Assembly (NCBI GenBank): GCA_963724765.1
Contig: CAVRVY010000002.1
Location: 480,001 to 544,000, forward strand
Length of the DNA: 64,000 nucleotides
Origin: an uncultured delta proteobacterium
GTDB lineage: Bacteria; Desulfobacterota; Binatia; Binatales; Binataceae
Reading direction: 5' to 3'
Shown here: piece by piece, positions 52,126-62,189 of the stretch
How positions within the stretch are numbered: the stretch's first letter is position 1
Layout of the letters: every line of letters begins with the position of its first letter
Position numbers and translations under genes: made by a program
Notes under the pieces: model-generated
What the model was told of the DNA's origin: nothing
Databases searched by the model: none
The model's input: the letters and a program-made list of their open reading frames with translations, nothing else

Positions 52126-54380
52126 TATTTCTTCGCTCCCACGGTGACTTCGACGATCGTCATCGTGTCGTTGCCGAAGATGTCCACCACCTTCACCGCG
52201 ATCTTGCGCCGCCCCGGCGGGCATTCCTGAAAGACGCTGGTCAGTTCCAGCGCACGGTCTTTCTTGGTGCGGAAGGATTGCCACTCGTTCTCAAAGATGT
52301 AATCCCCGGTCCACCGCTCTTCCCACGTCGCCGGTCGTCTTCGTTTCTTCGACGCGGACGATCTCGCGCTTGCTCTCAAAGTCGAAATCCACCGCCCAGT
52401 AATCGATCCAGTCGGTCCATTTCTTGGTGAGCCGCTCGCGCTTCACGATGCCCTTCGCGTCCTTGCTCACCTTAACGATCTGCCCCTTCTCCACGACGAT
52501 CTTGCTGGCTTTGTCTTTGAGCGTCGCTTCGGCGTTGGCGATGGAATCCTGCGAGTAAAAGACCGAGAAGTCGGTCAGCTCCACCGCCACGCTGTTCTTC
52601 TTGACGTGCGGCTTAACCTCGATGGCCGCAACGTCGTGAAAGACCACCTGATTCTTTTCCACCGCCCGCTTGTCGAACACCTCGGCTGGGATGTACTTGG
52701 GGGCAATGTCGATGCCTTTGGCGCGGGCTTCGTCCAGCACGTTGGGAAACAGGCCCATCTCGAACTCAAAGCCGAGAATGTCCACGCGGGTGATGTGCTT
52801 CTTGCGGCATTCCAGGATGATCTCTTCCACAAACAGGCGCGTCACCGGCAAGTTGACCGGGCCTACAGCCACCAGCCGCCCGGCCTTCTTGCCGTGGAAG
52901 GTGGCAAAGCCGTCGGTCTTTTCGGCGCGGTAGGCGCGCAGGATCAGATCGACGAAGGCGGCTTCCTTTTGTTCCAACTGCTTTTGCTGTTCCGCCTCGC
53001 GCAGGTTGGGATTCACGCCGACGTAGTGCTGGCGTTCGTACTTGCCCAGGTTGAGGATTTCAAAGGCGCGGTAGTCTTTGCCTTCGGCCTTTAACTCCCG
53101 CTGTACGCCGATCAGTCGTTTGCGCGTGGTGTGGATGGCGAACTTGCCTAAGTCGGTGGCGATCCACTTGCGGCCCAGCTTCTCCGCCACGGCGGCGGTA
53201 GTGCCGGAGCCGCAGAAGAAATCGGCGACGATGTCGTTTTCATTAGAGGAGGCAATGATGATGCGCTCAAGCAGGGCTCAGGCTTCTGCGTGTCGTACCC
53301 CGTGCTTTCAGCGGCTTGACTATTCACCGGAGGGATATCAACCCATACAGACTGCAGCGGCGTTCCCAAGGACTCGTCGAGGTATCGCTTGTATCTCGTC
53401 ATTCCGGATGACGTGTAGACCAGTCGGCCTTGCTTTTCCAACTCCGCCATCTTTTCCTTTGTCCATCTCCACACGCGCGTATGCCCGTGCCATTCAAATT
53501 TTAGGTTGGGACGATTCGGGTTTTGATTGAGGCAGTTGTCCAAAGTGTATCGTCTGCCCGTTTCTGGTTCGATTGCGTTGTAATGTGACTCGATCAACCC
53601 TTCTTTCACTCGCGTGTATTGCTGGTTCCAAACGGGATCGCCCATCCTTTTGTAATACAAGATGTAGTCATGGGTGGCGGGGTATAAATTCCCGTGACTC
53701 CTCGCTGCCACTCGTTGCCATACGATTTCTCTCAGGAAGTTTTCCGTCCCAAATACTTCATCAAGCACAGCACGAACGAGGTGATTGACTTGCGATCCCA
53801 TATGCACATAGATGCTCCCATCCTCTGCCAGCAGATCGCGCATCAGTACCAGCCGCTCGTAAATCATGGCGATGAAGGAATCGGCGCCCTTGCCCCAGGT
53901 GTCGCGGTAGGCGATTTCTTCCAGAATGTTGGGCTTCTTGGTGAAGGTGTCGTCGCCGATCTCGATGTCCATCGAGAAATCCGCGCCGACGTCAAAGGGC
54001 GGGTCAATGTAGATCAGCTTGAGGCCGCCCTGCTTTTCGATCTCCTCGCGCAGCGGGCCGTTCTTCAGCGATGAGAGGATCAGCTTGTTGTCGCCCCAGA
54101 TGAGCTTGTTGGTCCAGCCCTTGAGCTGGCGGCCGCGCGCGTCAAAAAGGCCCGGTTGCAATGCTCGATCGGCTGGCTTCTCCGCACGCGGCTCGTCCAC
54201 CTGCTCGATCACCTGAAAGGGCAGGACGATATTGCAGACCTCGCTGGTCTTGCCGTTCCAGACCAGTTCCACCTCGCGCTTGTCCTCGAACAGCAGAAAG
54301 CGATACTTGTCCGGCAGCGGCTTGTCGGCCTCGATATAGCGGATGATTTCCTGCTGTTCCTGTTCGGTCAGTCGCGGCAT
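52125..54380 (-). CDS. mod: Type III DNA methyltransferase Mod subunit (frameshifts near 53280 and 52325)
   Basis: [31 protein letters not shown]; TAATG overlap with res. Confidence 0.9.
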
Positions 54381-54500
54381 GAAAATTCTCTTCTTCTCTT
54401 TGCGTTGGCTGTGGTCTGGGTTTTCATGTTCCCATAAGAAGCAATTCCGAATTTCAAGATCGCAATGGAGATGGGGTTTGCGGTCCCGAGGGTTGTCTGT

Positions 54501-54833
54501 TCATGGGGACAGGCACCAGGGCGTAGTTACGAAGTGTGATGGTTGGTCCGTCCCGGAGCGCCGCGCGGCCGCGCTCTTGGCGTCCTCGAGCGATTGTGCG
54601 TCAAGTATCTCGCTGATCAGCGCCTCGCCCACCTCGCGCGCATGGTTCTGCCCGTCCCATTCGAGCACCGGCGAGAGCGACGAATCGTAACGATAAGTGA
54701 CCGGCGGGTTGCGCTTTTTGAATTGCGCCTGCGTGCCGACCTCGGGGCGCAGCGGACTTTCCGCCTCGGGATGCCGATACGTCGCCGCCTCGCGCGCCCC
54801 CTTCGACTTGTTATTAGACTTTCGATTTGCCAC
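54501..54833 (-). pseudogene. N-terminal stub of a different Mod-type methyltransferase
   Basis: YRHPEA..RPEVGTQAQF..YRYDSSLSPVLEWDGQN; truncated near 54550. Confidence 0.65.
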
Positions 54834-55503
54834 GCGCCTTCCTCTGCTTCTTCTGGTCAGTCTTCCACACGAGATAGTGATCCAGGTACTTGACCTTGAG
54901 ACAGAGCTTGCGTGATGCGGCGGCTTCCTCGTACAACTTCAAAAAGCGCATTGCATACCAAACATACTCTTGATCCGCGTGTGTCGGCTTCTCAAAGACC
55001 TCAAGCGCGGCCTCCCAACGAACCAAACTCCTCAGGCTCGAATCCGCATAGCTGTCGTAAATCGGAACAGCCGGAAAGTGAAAGTGCAAATATTTTGAAA
55101 CGAACGCTCGTGGTACACGCCCCTTTCTCGTGATCGGACGCAGTAACTGAATGATCTCTCCGTGCACTTCAGCAATTGACCGTAGCTTCCCCGCGTCGAT
55201 TGGCTCTGAGACGCAGGAAAGTGCCTCGAACAGTCTGTCCACAGTTTCGGAATTGTCGATCAATTTCTCTGCTACCTGTGAGATTGAGCTACCTTGCCCG
55301 CCTTTGCTCTTCACCTGCCGTTCGATTCCGGTTTGGTATGTCCGCCCGATAATGAAAATCTTGGCGAATACCTCGGCTGAAGATGCATGGCCCGGGTGTT
55401 CGGTACAGAGCCGATATAGCGCGACGTCAAGAGTGCTCCACTCTTTTTCGTATTCCTCGATCGCCTTGTCGTACTCGTGCTTCAAGATCCTTGGAATTGC
55501 CAT
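54814..55503 (-). CDS. Hypothetical protein with an HhH-GPD glycosylase-like motif
   Basis: AKIFIIGRTY..RAFVSKYLHFHFPAVPIYDS. Confidence 0.6.
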   Translation of the reverse strand: MAIPRILKHEYDKAIEEYEKEWSTLDVALYRLCTEHPGHASSAEVFAKIFIIGRTYQTGIERQVKSKGGQGSSISQVAEKLIDNSETVDRLFEALSCVSEPIDAGKLRSIAEVHGEIIQLLRPITRKGRVPRAFVSKYLHFHFPAVPIYDSYADSSLRSLVRWEAALEVFEKPTHADQEYVWYAMRFLKLYEEAAASRKLCLKVKYLDHYLVWKTDQKKQRKARGKSKV

Positions 55504-55591
55504 TCGGTAACCTACGAGGAATCACGAACAGGTTTGAACTGGTGGCATCATGCCGCCCCATCCCCAAGAGCCCGTCGAGAGAGAGTGTTGG

Positions 55592-55999
55592 TCATTTGCG
55601 TGCCGGGTTCGGAGTGAGAAAATGCCTTCCGTTGAGAAGCTTCGGCGGAACTCGAATGAAGCCAAGTTTGCCCTTGAACGGAATCGGCTTCGCGAGGACT
55701 CGCGGGTTCCTCAGTCGCCAATGCCACTGGCCCCGAATTGCCCACTTACTCTTCGAGTTTCGGACGCAATCAAAAATCTCGACCGAGCCGACGATAACGC
55801 CAGTTGGCAACTCGTCCGGATCAAGCCCGAGCTTCCTGGCTTCGTCGCGTTCAACCGTGAGTGACGCCTGAATCAGAATGCGTCCGCGATAATCCGTTCT
55901 CAGCGGCTTATTCTCAACGTCCTTGCCGAGATGCAGAATCGCATATGCCCAAGGCTGCCGGACGGAGATCGCGCGCTGCTCATCTGTTGTACGTGACAA
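55592..55999 (-). CDS. ASCH (PUA-like) domain protein
   Basis: AISVRQPWAYAI..GKDVENK..YRGRILIQA..G.IVGSV..W.L.NP..KGKLG. Confidence 0.9.
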   Translation of the reverse strand: MSRTTDEQRAISVRQPWAYAILHLGKDVENKPLRTDYRGRILIQASLTVERDEARKLGLDPDELPTGVIVGSVEIFDCVRNSKSKWAIRGQWHWRLRNPRVLAKPIPFKGKLGFIRVPPKLLNGRHFLTPNPARK

Positions 56000-56285
56000 T
56001 CCGAATCTCCCCCTCTAGGCGGCAAAACCGTGCTTCAGGGAGAAATCGCGCCCTAAGGCGCGATAGCGCCCTGATTAGTTATGAGAAGCAGAATAGCACC
56101 ATCACGAGTCGCGCGAAAATCGAAGTGCAACAATACCTTGTGGGGGTGCAGCAAGCCCTGAAGCCGTCTAGAGCGATGCTCCAGCGGGGGATCTTCGGCG
56201 TAACGGCTTTCGGCCGCGCGGAAAAGAGGAAAGCAGCCGCCCGACAGATTTGCCCGAAGGCCTTGAAACCCAGCCCTAGAGTCGC

Positions 56286-57782
56286 ATGCTGTCTGTAGGC
56301 TGCGAGCTGACGCGGGTCGCAGCGAGGGAGGCGCAAACTGTGGTTGATGGTGGGTCATCCGATCGAGAGCGGAGTTTGGTAGGCCTCTTCCTGGAGTTCG
56401 CTGAAAAGTTACTTGCTCCTGCGCGGTCGTTGGTCGATGGCGAGGGCATGCCGAAGCGCATCGAGCATCCATTCTTGTTTCGCGCTCCCGAGTTCTCCGG
56501 GCCCGCGGCCTCGGGTTCGACCATAAGCTTCAGCGGGGTTGAGAAGCCCGATTTCCGGGGCCTGCTGCTGGTGAATCGGGAGCGATGGGCCAAGGCGGAA
56601 GCGGAACGCTGCGCGCGAGAGCATTTTGCGCATGGTGTGCGCAGAGGCCGTCGAGTGCTCGACGAAAACTGGCAGCCGATTGCTGCCCCTACGTTCGGTC
56701 ATCTCGGGAACCAGCTCGGGAGCCGACTCACCTACGAGGTGTACTACGCCTTGGCCGATTTGTGCGACCGGGTTCAGACTCTTGACCCGACCAGCGAGCA
56801 GCTGCAAGAGGCATACGAGCGTCTGACGGAAGAGTGGACTTGCCCGACGGTGATGTGGCGTTTGGCGGCGCCGCTATTAAATTTCAAGACCGAAAATTGT
56901 CCCATGCAAATCGGTCAGAGCCTCGAACTCTCGGCGCTCAGCCCTGAAGATAAAACGAGCCTCTGGAACCAGAACGCTGGGTTTGGTCCTTTTGGCGAGC
57001 CGCAGGTGATGGACCGAGGCGATCTGGCGCGCGCGCACTTCGTTCTTCGGGGCTCGTCCACTACCGGGCGCGATGAATGTGGGTTCGGGCCCGAGGTCGG
57101 GAACGAGATCTTACGGTTTTTGACAGCGCTCCGGCTGCTCAAATCGGGTGATGTCGGCGCTCCGGGAATTCTCGGTGTGAGCAACGGGCTCTTTGAGAAG
57201 TCTGCCTCTCAATACATCTTCGACGGACGAGCGCAAAACTCGAGTCGCATGTACGAGTTAGGTGCGGCCGATTGGGATGGCGTCATGAAAGTCTACGACG
57301 CCCTTGGAGCGATCGAAGACAAGATGCAAATTTCGTTGAGCCGATTTAACCAGGCTTATGGCCGGCAATCCGGGGAAGACACCATTATCGATCTGACGAT
57401 CGCGCTGGAAAGTTGTCTTTTGCCGAACACAAGAAAGAAAAAGGCTCCGCTGTCGAAGCGAGGGGCGGCGCTGCTCATCAACCGGAGGAATCCGGTGGAA
57501 ACGCAAGCCCTACTGAAGACGGTCTATGAAATCCGTAGCGAAATCGCCCACAACGGGAAGCCGCTCTCTGACGAAGGAGTGCGCAGGAAAGTCGAGCGGC
57601 TCGGTCCGGTTATCACGAAGGACTTTCTGCACGCCTGCGAGAATGTTGCGCGCGACGTTCTGAGGGAATCCGCCCTGCGCCTCGCCGCAGGTGGTTCACT
57701 TGCCGAACTATGCCAAGAGCTTGATCGGCAAATATTGTTGGGACTAGCGTCGTCCAGTCGCGCATCTTCGGCGCAGAAGTGA
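56286..57782 (+). CDS. Apea-like HEPN domain protein (start may be ATG near 56448)
   Basis: C-terminal DLTIALESCL..YEIRSEIAHNG (RxxxxH). Confidence 0.75.
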   Translation: MLSVGCELTRVAAREAQTVVDGGSSDRERSLVGLFLEFAEKLLAPARSLVDGEGMPKRIEHPFLFRAPEFSGPAASGSTISFSGVEKPDFRGLLLVNRERWAKAEAERCAREHFAHGVRRGRRVLDENWQPIAAPTFGHLGNQLGSRLTYEVYYALADLCDRVQTLDPTSEQLQEAYERLTEEWTCPTVMWRLAAPLLNFKTENCPMQIGQSLELSALSPEDKTSLWNQNAGFGPFGEPQVMDRGDLARAHFVLRGSSTTGRDECGFGPEVGNEILRFLTALRLLKSGDVGAPGILGVSNGLFEKSASQYIFDGRAQNSSRMYELGAADWDGVMKVYDALGAIEDKMQISLSRFNQAYGRQSGEDTIIDLTIALESCLLPNTRKKKAPLSKRGAALLINRRNPVETQALLKTVYEIRSEIAHNGKPLSDEGVRRKVERLGPVITKDFLHACENVARDVLRESALRLAAGGSLAELCQELDRQILLGLASSSRASSAQK

Positions 57783-57858
57783 GTGTCAGGGAACGAGGGT
57801 GTCCACGATGTCGGAATACGTGTCGTCGATTCTTTGCCGTTGCAAAGTCGAGGTCGGC

Positions 57859-58677
57859 TTAGGGATTACCGTTTGGGTTTACGGGCGCTGCTAGCGGCAC
57901 GATCCGCCACTCGATGCCCGCCTCGCGCAGTTCCGGGAACCGAGCTCCTGGAATGTCCGGGCAAGCGAGCAGCCGTCGTATACGGGTGGGTTCGATGTGG
58001 TTCATCTCTGCGAAGAGGCGCCGATGTCGCCCGAGTTTTCCGATCCCTTCGTCCAACTCAGACGCCTTAACCTTCACTTCGACGATAAGGTAACGCGTTT
58101 CGCGATCGCGAAAGAGCAGGTCGAGGAAACCCGATTCACCTGATGCACCCGAAACCGGATGTTCCGCACCGAGGGATGTGAGTCCCGGTTCGAGCACGTC
58201 GGGGTTGGCGATCAGATGCTCGACGATACGGTCGTGATCTCGTTCACGGCCTTTGCGTCGGCCGCCCACAGTCCAAGGCTCGCCAGCGAGAAGGTGCTCA
58301 AGAAAGTCCTCGGGCGGTACGTAGCCGCCTTCCAGCATGCACGGGAACGCTTGGCAGAGCTCGCCGCCTGCGTATACGAGCAGGAATTGTAGCGGGAACC
58401 ATTCATAGGGATATTTCCTGCTCCCGAACCGCACTTTGATCTTGCGCCGCATCGCGAGTTCGCGAAGCTGACGGAGAAGCTCCTTCCCTTCCGCTTCTTT
58501 CTCGAAAGCCTCGTGCTGCTCGCGGACTTCGAAGCTGTCAATCATCGCGCGGGTTTTCGCCTGGGCGAGCTGATCCAGTATGCGAGCGTGGATTCGTCTG
58601 ATAGCGTCATCGGCGAGTACCGCGGGTTTATAGCCGTAAACGATTCGAAGCGCGGACAAGTTGGCAGGTTCGCCCAT
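57859..58677 (-). CDS. PD-(D/E)xK NucS-like endonuclease with a novel N-terminus
   Basis: NPDVLEPGL..E..GFLDLLFRD..YLIVEVK. Confidence 0.75.
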   Translation of the reverse strand: MGEPANLSALRIVYGYKPAVLADDAIRRIHARILDQLAQAKTRAMIDSFEVREQHEAFEKEAEGKELLRQLRELAMRRKIKVRFGSRKYPYEWFPLQFLLVYAGGELCQAFPCMLEGGYVPPEDFLEHLLAGEPWTVGGRRKGRERDHDRIVEHLIANPDVLEPGLTSLGAEHPVSGASGESGFLDLLFRDRETRYLIVEVKVKASELDEGIGKLGRHRRLFAEMNHIEPTRIRRLLACPDIPGARFPELREAGIEWRIVPLAAPVNPNGNP

Positions 58678-58681
58678 CTCG

Positions 58682-59188
58682 CTATCTCGCGCCGGCCACG
58701 AACCTGAATCCCCAGTCGGGCCCTATTTCGAGCATTTCATTGAGCGTCGCGCCGGCGGGAGCACCACGTACTGTGACCGCAAGCTGGACCGGCACTCTTT
58801 CCGGCGCGTCATGAGGATCTGAAATCAAGGAGGGATCGATGCGACCGTGACTATCGATGCCGAAGACGCATCGGCGCCCCGCGAGTTCAAACTGTACGTT
58901 GCGAGGCGAGACGATAAGGGTAACGGCTCTATCGTCTGGCAATGAAGGATCGTGAAGCTCTAAAAAATCCTGACTGCGTCCGCGATCGAATTCCCACAGG
59001 ACTCCGGTGCTTGCGCGCAGAGCGAGCAAAATAAACCCAGCCAAGCCTCTGCGCCTGCTATCTGCACTCCAGCCCCTCCCGTTTCTCCATCGTTGATCGT
59101 GCGAAAACAACTGGCCTAGCCGATATTCCAAGAGCTTGCGCTGAATTTCCTCAAGAGAAACCACCACCGCCGCCATCTTTGCCAACAC
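58682..59188 (-). CDS. Hypothetical protein, 4 bp upstream of the NucS-like gene
   Basis: 168-aa ORF, CAGGAG RBS-like sequence, tight coupling. Confidence 0.55.
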   Translation of the reverse strand: MLAKMAAVVVSLEEIQRKLLEYRLGQLFSHDQRWRNGRGWSADSRRRGLAGFILLALRASTGVLWEFDRGRSQDFLELHDPSLPDDRAVTLIVSPRNVQFELAGRRCVFGIDSHGRIDPSLISDPHDAPERVPVQLAVTVRGAPAGATLNEMLEIGPDWGFRFVAGAR

Positions 59189-59391
59189 CTCCTGAGATTG
59201 AATCCAACATACCAGAAGCGCACCTTGAATGCGTTTCTCTAGGAATGGAGTTTTGCACAGGCGGTCCGGCCACTGCCGCCGACCAAGAAAAGGGTTGGAG
59301 TTCGAATCAATGAGAGTATAAGCCTGACGGGTTTCGACAGTCTTCGCACGGGCGGACTGTTCTAGGGGTTCGCCATGGGCGCTCTATGAAC

Positions 59392-59949
59392 TCAATCCGA
59401 CCTAAAACCGATTCGGCGCCGGTTGGGATCTGGGGGTGTCATCAGATCGCGGATGGCGTCAAAGACGACCTTGAATTGCGCGTTGTACTTCTTTTCGAGG
59501 GCATCGAGTTTCCGGGCAAGGTCGGCGTGAGAGGCGAGCATTTGGCGCAGGCGGACGAAGGCACGCATGATCTCGACGTTGACCTGGATAGCGCGCTTGC
59601 TGTGAAGGACGCTTGAGAGCATCGCGACTCCTTGTTCGGTGAAGGCGTAGGGCGCGGCGCGCCTGAGGCCGCCCCAACTTGAAGTCACATTCTGTGATTT
59701 CAAGATGCCGAACTCCTCGTCGTTGAGCTGGAACATGAAGTCGGCGGGGAAGCGTTCGAGGTTCCGCTTGACGGCCTGAACTAGCGCGCGCGCCTCGACG
59801 CTGTAGAGCTGGGCAAGATCAGTGCTGAGCATGACTCTATGGCTGCGCAACAGAAAGATCCGTTGTTCGATCAGTTCGGCCACAGGAGCGGACGGCTCAG
59901 CAGGCGAAGGTTGACGCCTATTCGGATGACGGCGCTGGATGTTAGCCAT
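59392..59949 (-). CDS. ORF6N-domain DNA-binding protein
   Basis: RVML..DLA.LY.V..QAVKRN.ERFP.DFMFQL; [16 protein letters not shown]. Confidence 0.92.
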   Translation of the reverse strand: MANIQRRHPNRRQPSPAEPSAPVAELIEQRIFLLRSHRVMLSTDLAQLYSVEARALVQAVKRNLERFPADFMFQLNDEEFGILKSQNVTSSWGGLRRAAPYAFTEQGVAMLSSVLHSKRAIQVNVEIMRAFVRLRQMLASHADLARKLDALEKKYNAQFKVVFDAIRDLMTPPDPNRRRIGFRSD

Positions 59950-59974
59950 ACACTTTTCTGCCCGAACCGACTCA

Positions 59975-61195
59975 TTAGATCTTACTGGTCGCTTTGCCCA
60001 TCGTCGTTGTGCCGTTGCCGCTCCCATAGCGCGCTGTGCCTGGACTCATCGGCGTGGTGCTCGGAGCGCGCGCCGGCATGACCGACGTGCCGCGAACATC
60101 TTTAGGTGCGGGGACCCGTTGTCCGCTGTCAGGACCCAGATTGCTCAGTTGTTGAGTCTGTCGGCCGAAGTCCATCGCCTTGACCCAGCCGGCGCCTTCG
60201 CTGTTATTGCCCGCGCTGCCGTTGCCGAGTTGCGCGGCTTTGCTAAATCCGGTCTGGAGCGCGCTAGTAATCGGCCGAATGACTGTCTGAGCGATAAACG
60301 CAGCCTCGAAGGCATGGCTCAGAGCGAGGCCGACTGTGCCACCGGCAATGCTGGAGGCCATATGGGGAACGGCAATGCTCACAATCATGAAGACGATTGC
60401 AAAGGCGGTGTAGGTGAGCATCGCTGAGACCGGCAAGCTCCCGGAGCAAACTGTCGTTATGATTGAGCTTGGCGGGACGCCATAAGTGGTCCACCAAGGG
60501 AGCGTGCTCGGAACCGGCTTGCAGGCGGCAAGCAACGCAGCGCTCCACTGCGTGGCCATTTGAACACCAATTGCGAGTACAAGGTAGAAAAACAAGAGTC
60601 GAACCCCTACACGGAGGACGTAGCCGAAGTAACCCTCGGCGGCAGGGGCAGTGAAACGGTTCGCTCCGAGAGCAAGTAGGATCACACCTCCACCAACAAC
60701 GAGGTACGATTCGATCAAGGTGAGTAACAGCATCGACGCAGTGATGACAAAAGCAAGCAGAACAACGAAGGCCGATACGCTCTGCACTATCGCAAGTTCG
60801 ATGTTCGTGATCATACTGGCGTTGGCTGGCGCGTTGAAGATTGTGCTGGCCATGTTGCTCCCGAGCTGGAGTACGGTCTGCGGGCTGAGCGCTGGAAGCC
60901 CTGTGACGGCGGCGCCTATCGCAGAAAAGCTCTTAATCACGGCAGTCATCCAAGAGAAGGCGTTTACGATCATCAGATAGACAAACCCGCCGCTGAGCAT
61001 GTGCTTCAGAAGGCGGCCCAGAAAATGGGGAGCATCAAGCTGCCCTTCCGCGTTGAACTGAATCCACGTAACGAGGATGTCGATGAGCAGCAGGGCAACG
61101 AAGAGTTTGATGGCATACGGCTCGATCGCTGCGCTGTAGTTCGCCCCTGCGGTATAGAATTGGTTAGCAATATCGTTGAAATTTGAAGCGAGCAC
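59975..61195 (-). CDS. trbL: Conjugal transfer protein TrbL (VirB6)
   Basis: Polytopic; [24 protein letters not shown]; downstream of trbJ. Confidence 0.88.
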   Translation of the reverse strand: MLASNFNDIANQFYTAGANYSAAIEPYAIKLFVALLLIDILVTWIQFNAEGQLDAPHFLGRLLKHMLSGGFVYLMIVNAFSWMTAVIKSFSAIGAAVTGLPALSPQTVLQLGSNMASTIFNAPANASMITNIELAIVQSVSAFVVLLAFVITASMLLLTLIESYLVVGGGVILLALGANRFTAPAAEGYFGYVLRVGVRLLFFYLVLAIGVQMATQWSAALLAACKPVPSTLPWWTTYGVPPSSIITTVCSGSLPVSAMLTYTAFAIVFMIVSIAVPHMASSIAGGTVGLALSHAFEAAFIAQTVIRPITSALQTGFSKAAQLGNGSAGNNSEGAGWVKAMDFGRQTQQLSNLGPDSGQRVPAPKDVRGTSVMPARAPSTTPMSPGTARYGSGNGTTTMGKATSKI

Positions 61196-61225
61196 GGGAG
61201 TCTCTCCTTTAACGGATCCCGCCTC

Positions 61226-61414
61226 CTACGGCTGTTTCGGCGGTGGCGCATCATGGAAGATGTCGGGAATGCCGGACGGAGCAGGCGCCGCGAACATCGC
61301 GCGCGATGGTTCTCGCGTTTCGTGCTGTTCGTAAAGGTGCCAGGCACCATAGAGCACAGCGCAAACGCCGATGATCGCGAACGCTAGGACTAGCGGGTTT
61401 TTGATTAGCTTCAT
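61226..61414 (-). CDS. Small membrane protein in the trbK position (putative entry exclusion)
   Basis: 62 aa, N-terminal TM, GGAGG RBS, between trbJ and trbL; tail shared with TrbJ. Confidence 0.7.
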   Translation of the reverse strand: MKLIKNPLVLAFAIIGVCAVLYGAWHLYEQHETREPSRAMFAAPAPSGIPDIFHDAPPPKQP

Positions 61415-61439
61415 TGCTGCAACCCTCCATTCCTAGAGT

Positions 61440-62189
61440 TTAAGGCTGTGGAGGCGGGGGAGCATCGTGGAAGATGTCGGGAGTTCCCGGCGGAGGTGGT
61501 GCGGAAAATAGCGCTTGTGCCTCAAGATTGCTTTGGACCTGATTGTTGACCTGGTTCGCCGCTGCGACGTTTTGCGAATTCATCTCGGCCATTACGAGCT
61601 GGCGGAGCATTTGAACCTGCTGCACCTGCGCGAGCGCGATTTCGTTGCTGACCTGAACCGCCTGCAGATTGCCTATCGCCGTCTGGTTCTTAAGCTCAAG
61701 GTTCTGCAGCGTCGCCTGTTCGGCTTGGAAGTTCTGGGCCTGCGCCTGCGCTGAAGCGAGCGCACCGTTGAGCGTGTTCAGCGTGGTCTCGACCGTCGTC
61801 TGAGGACTCTGGACCCCCGCGGTCGAGGCAGCGTTGTAGCCCGGATAGAGCTGCTGGAACTGCTGCGTGAGGCCCTGAAAGGTATACGAGAGTCCTTCCT
61901 GCTCGATTGATCAGATCGCCGAGGTTCGTAAGCAGATTCTGGTTCGACTGCCAGACACCTGCGCCGCCGCCGGTCGTGTTCTTGATCGCGTACTGTAGTT
62001 GCTGAGCGAGGTTCGTGACGGTAGCGGTTTCCTGCTGAAGCTGCTGGAGCTGGCGCGCGAACATATTCGGGTCGAAGACAATCTGCGAGCCGCCGAACTG
62101 TGCGTGGGCAGGAATCGGACAGCAACCAGCGGGCAAACAACTGCAGCCAAGACGGCGGACAAAAATCGGCAGAATCTTTTCGATTTCAT
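61440..62189 (-). CDS. trbJ: Conjugal transfer protein TrbJ (VirB5-like), 2 frameshifts
   Basis: Signal peptide ..AHA-QF, IVFDP, FQQLYPGY, AIGNLQAVQ..QMLRQL. Confidence 0.82.

Noticed and set aside
52125-54380. Phase-variable mod (phasevarion)
   Set aside because: No simple-sequence repeat tract at the start or at the frameshifts
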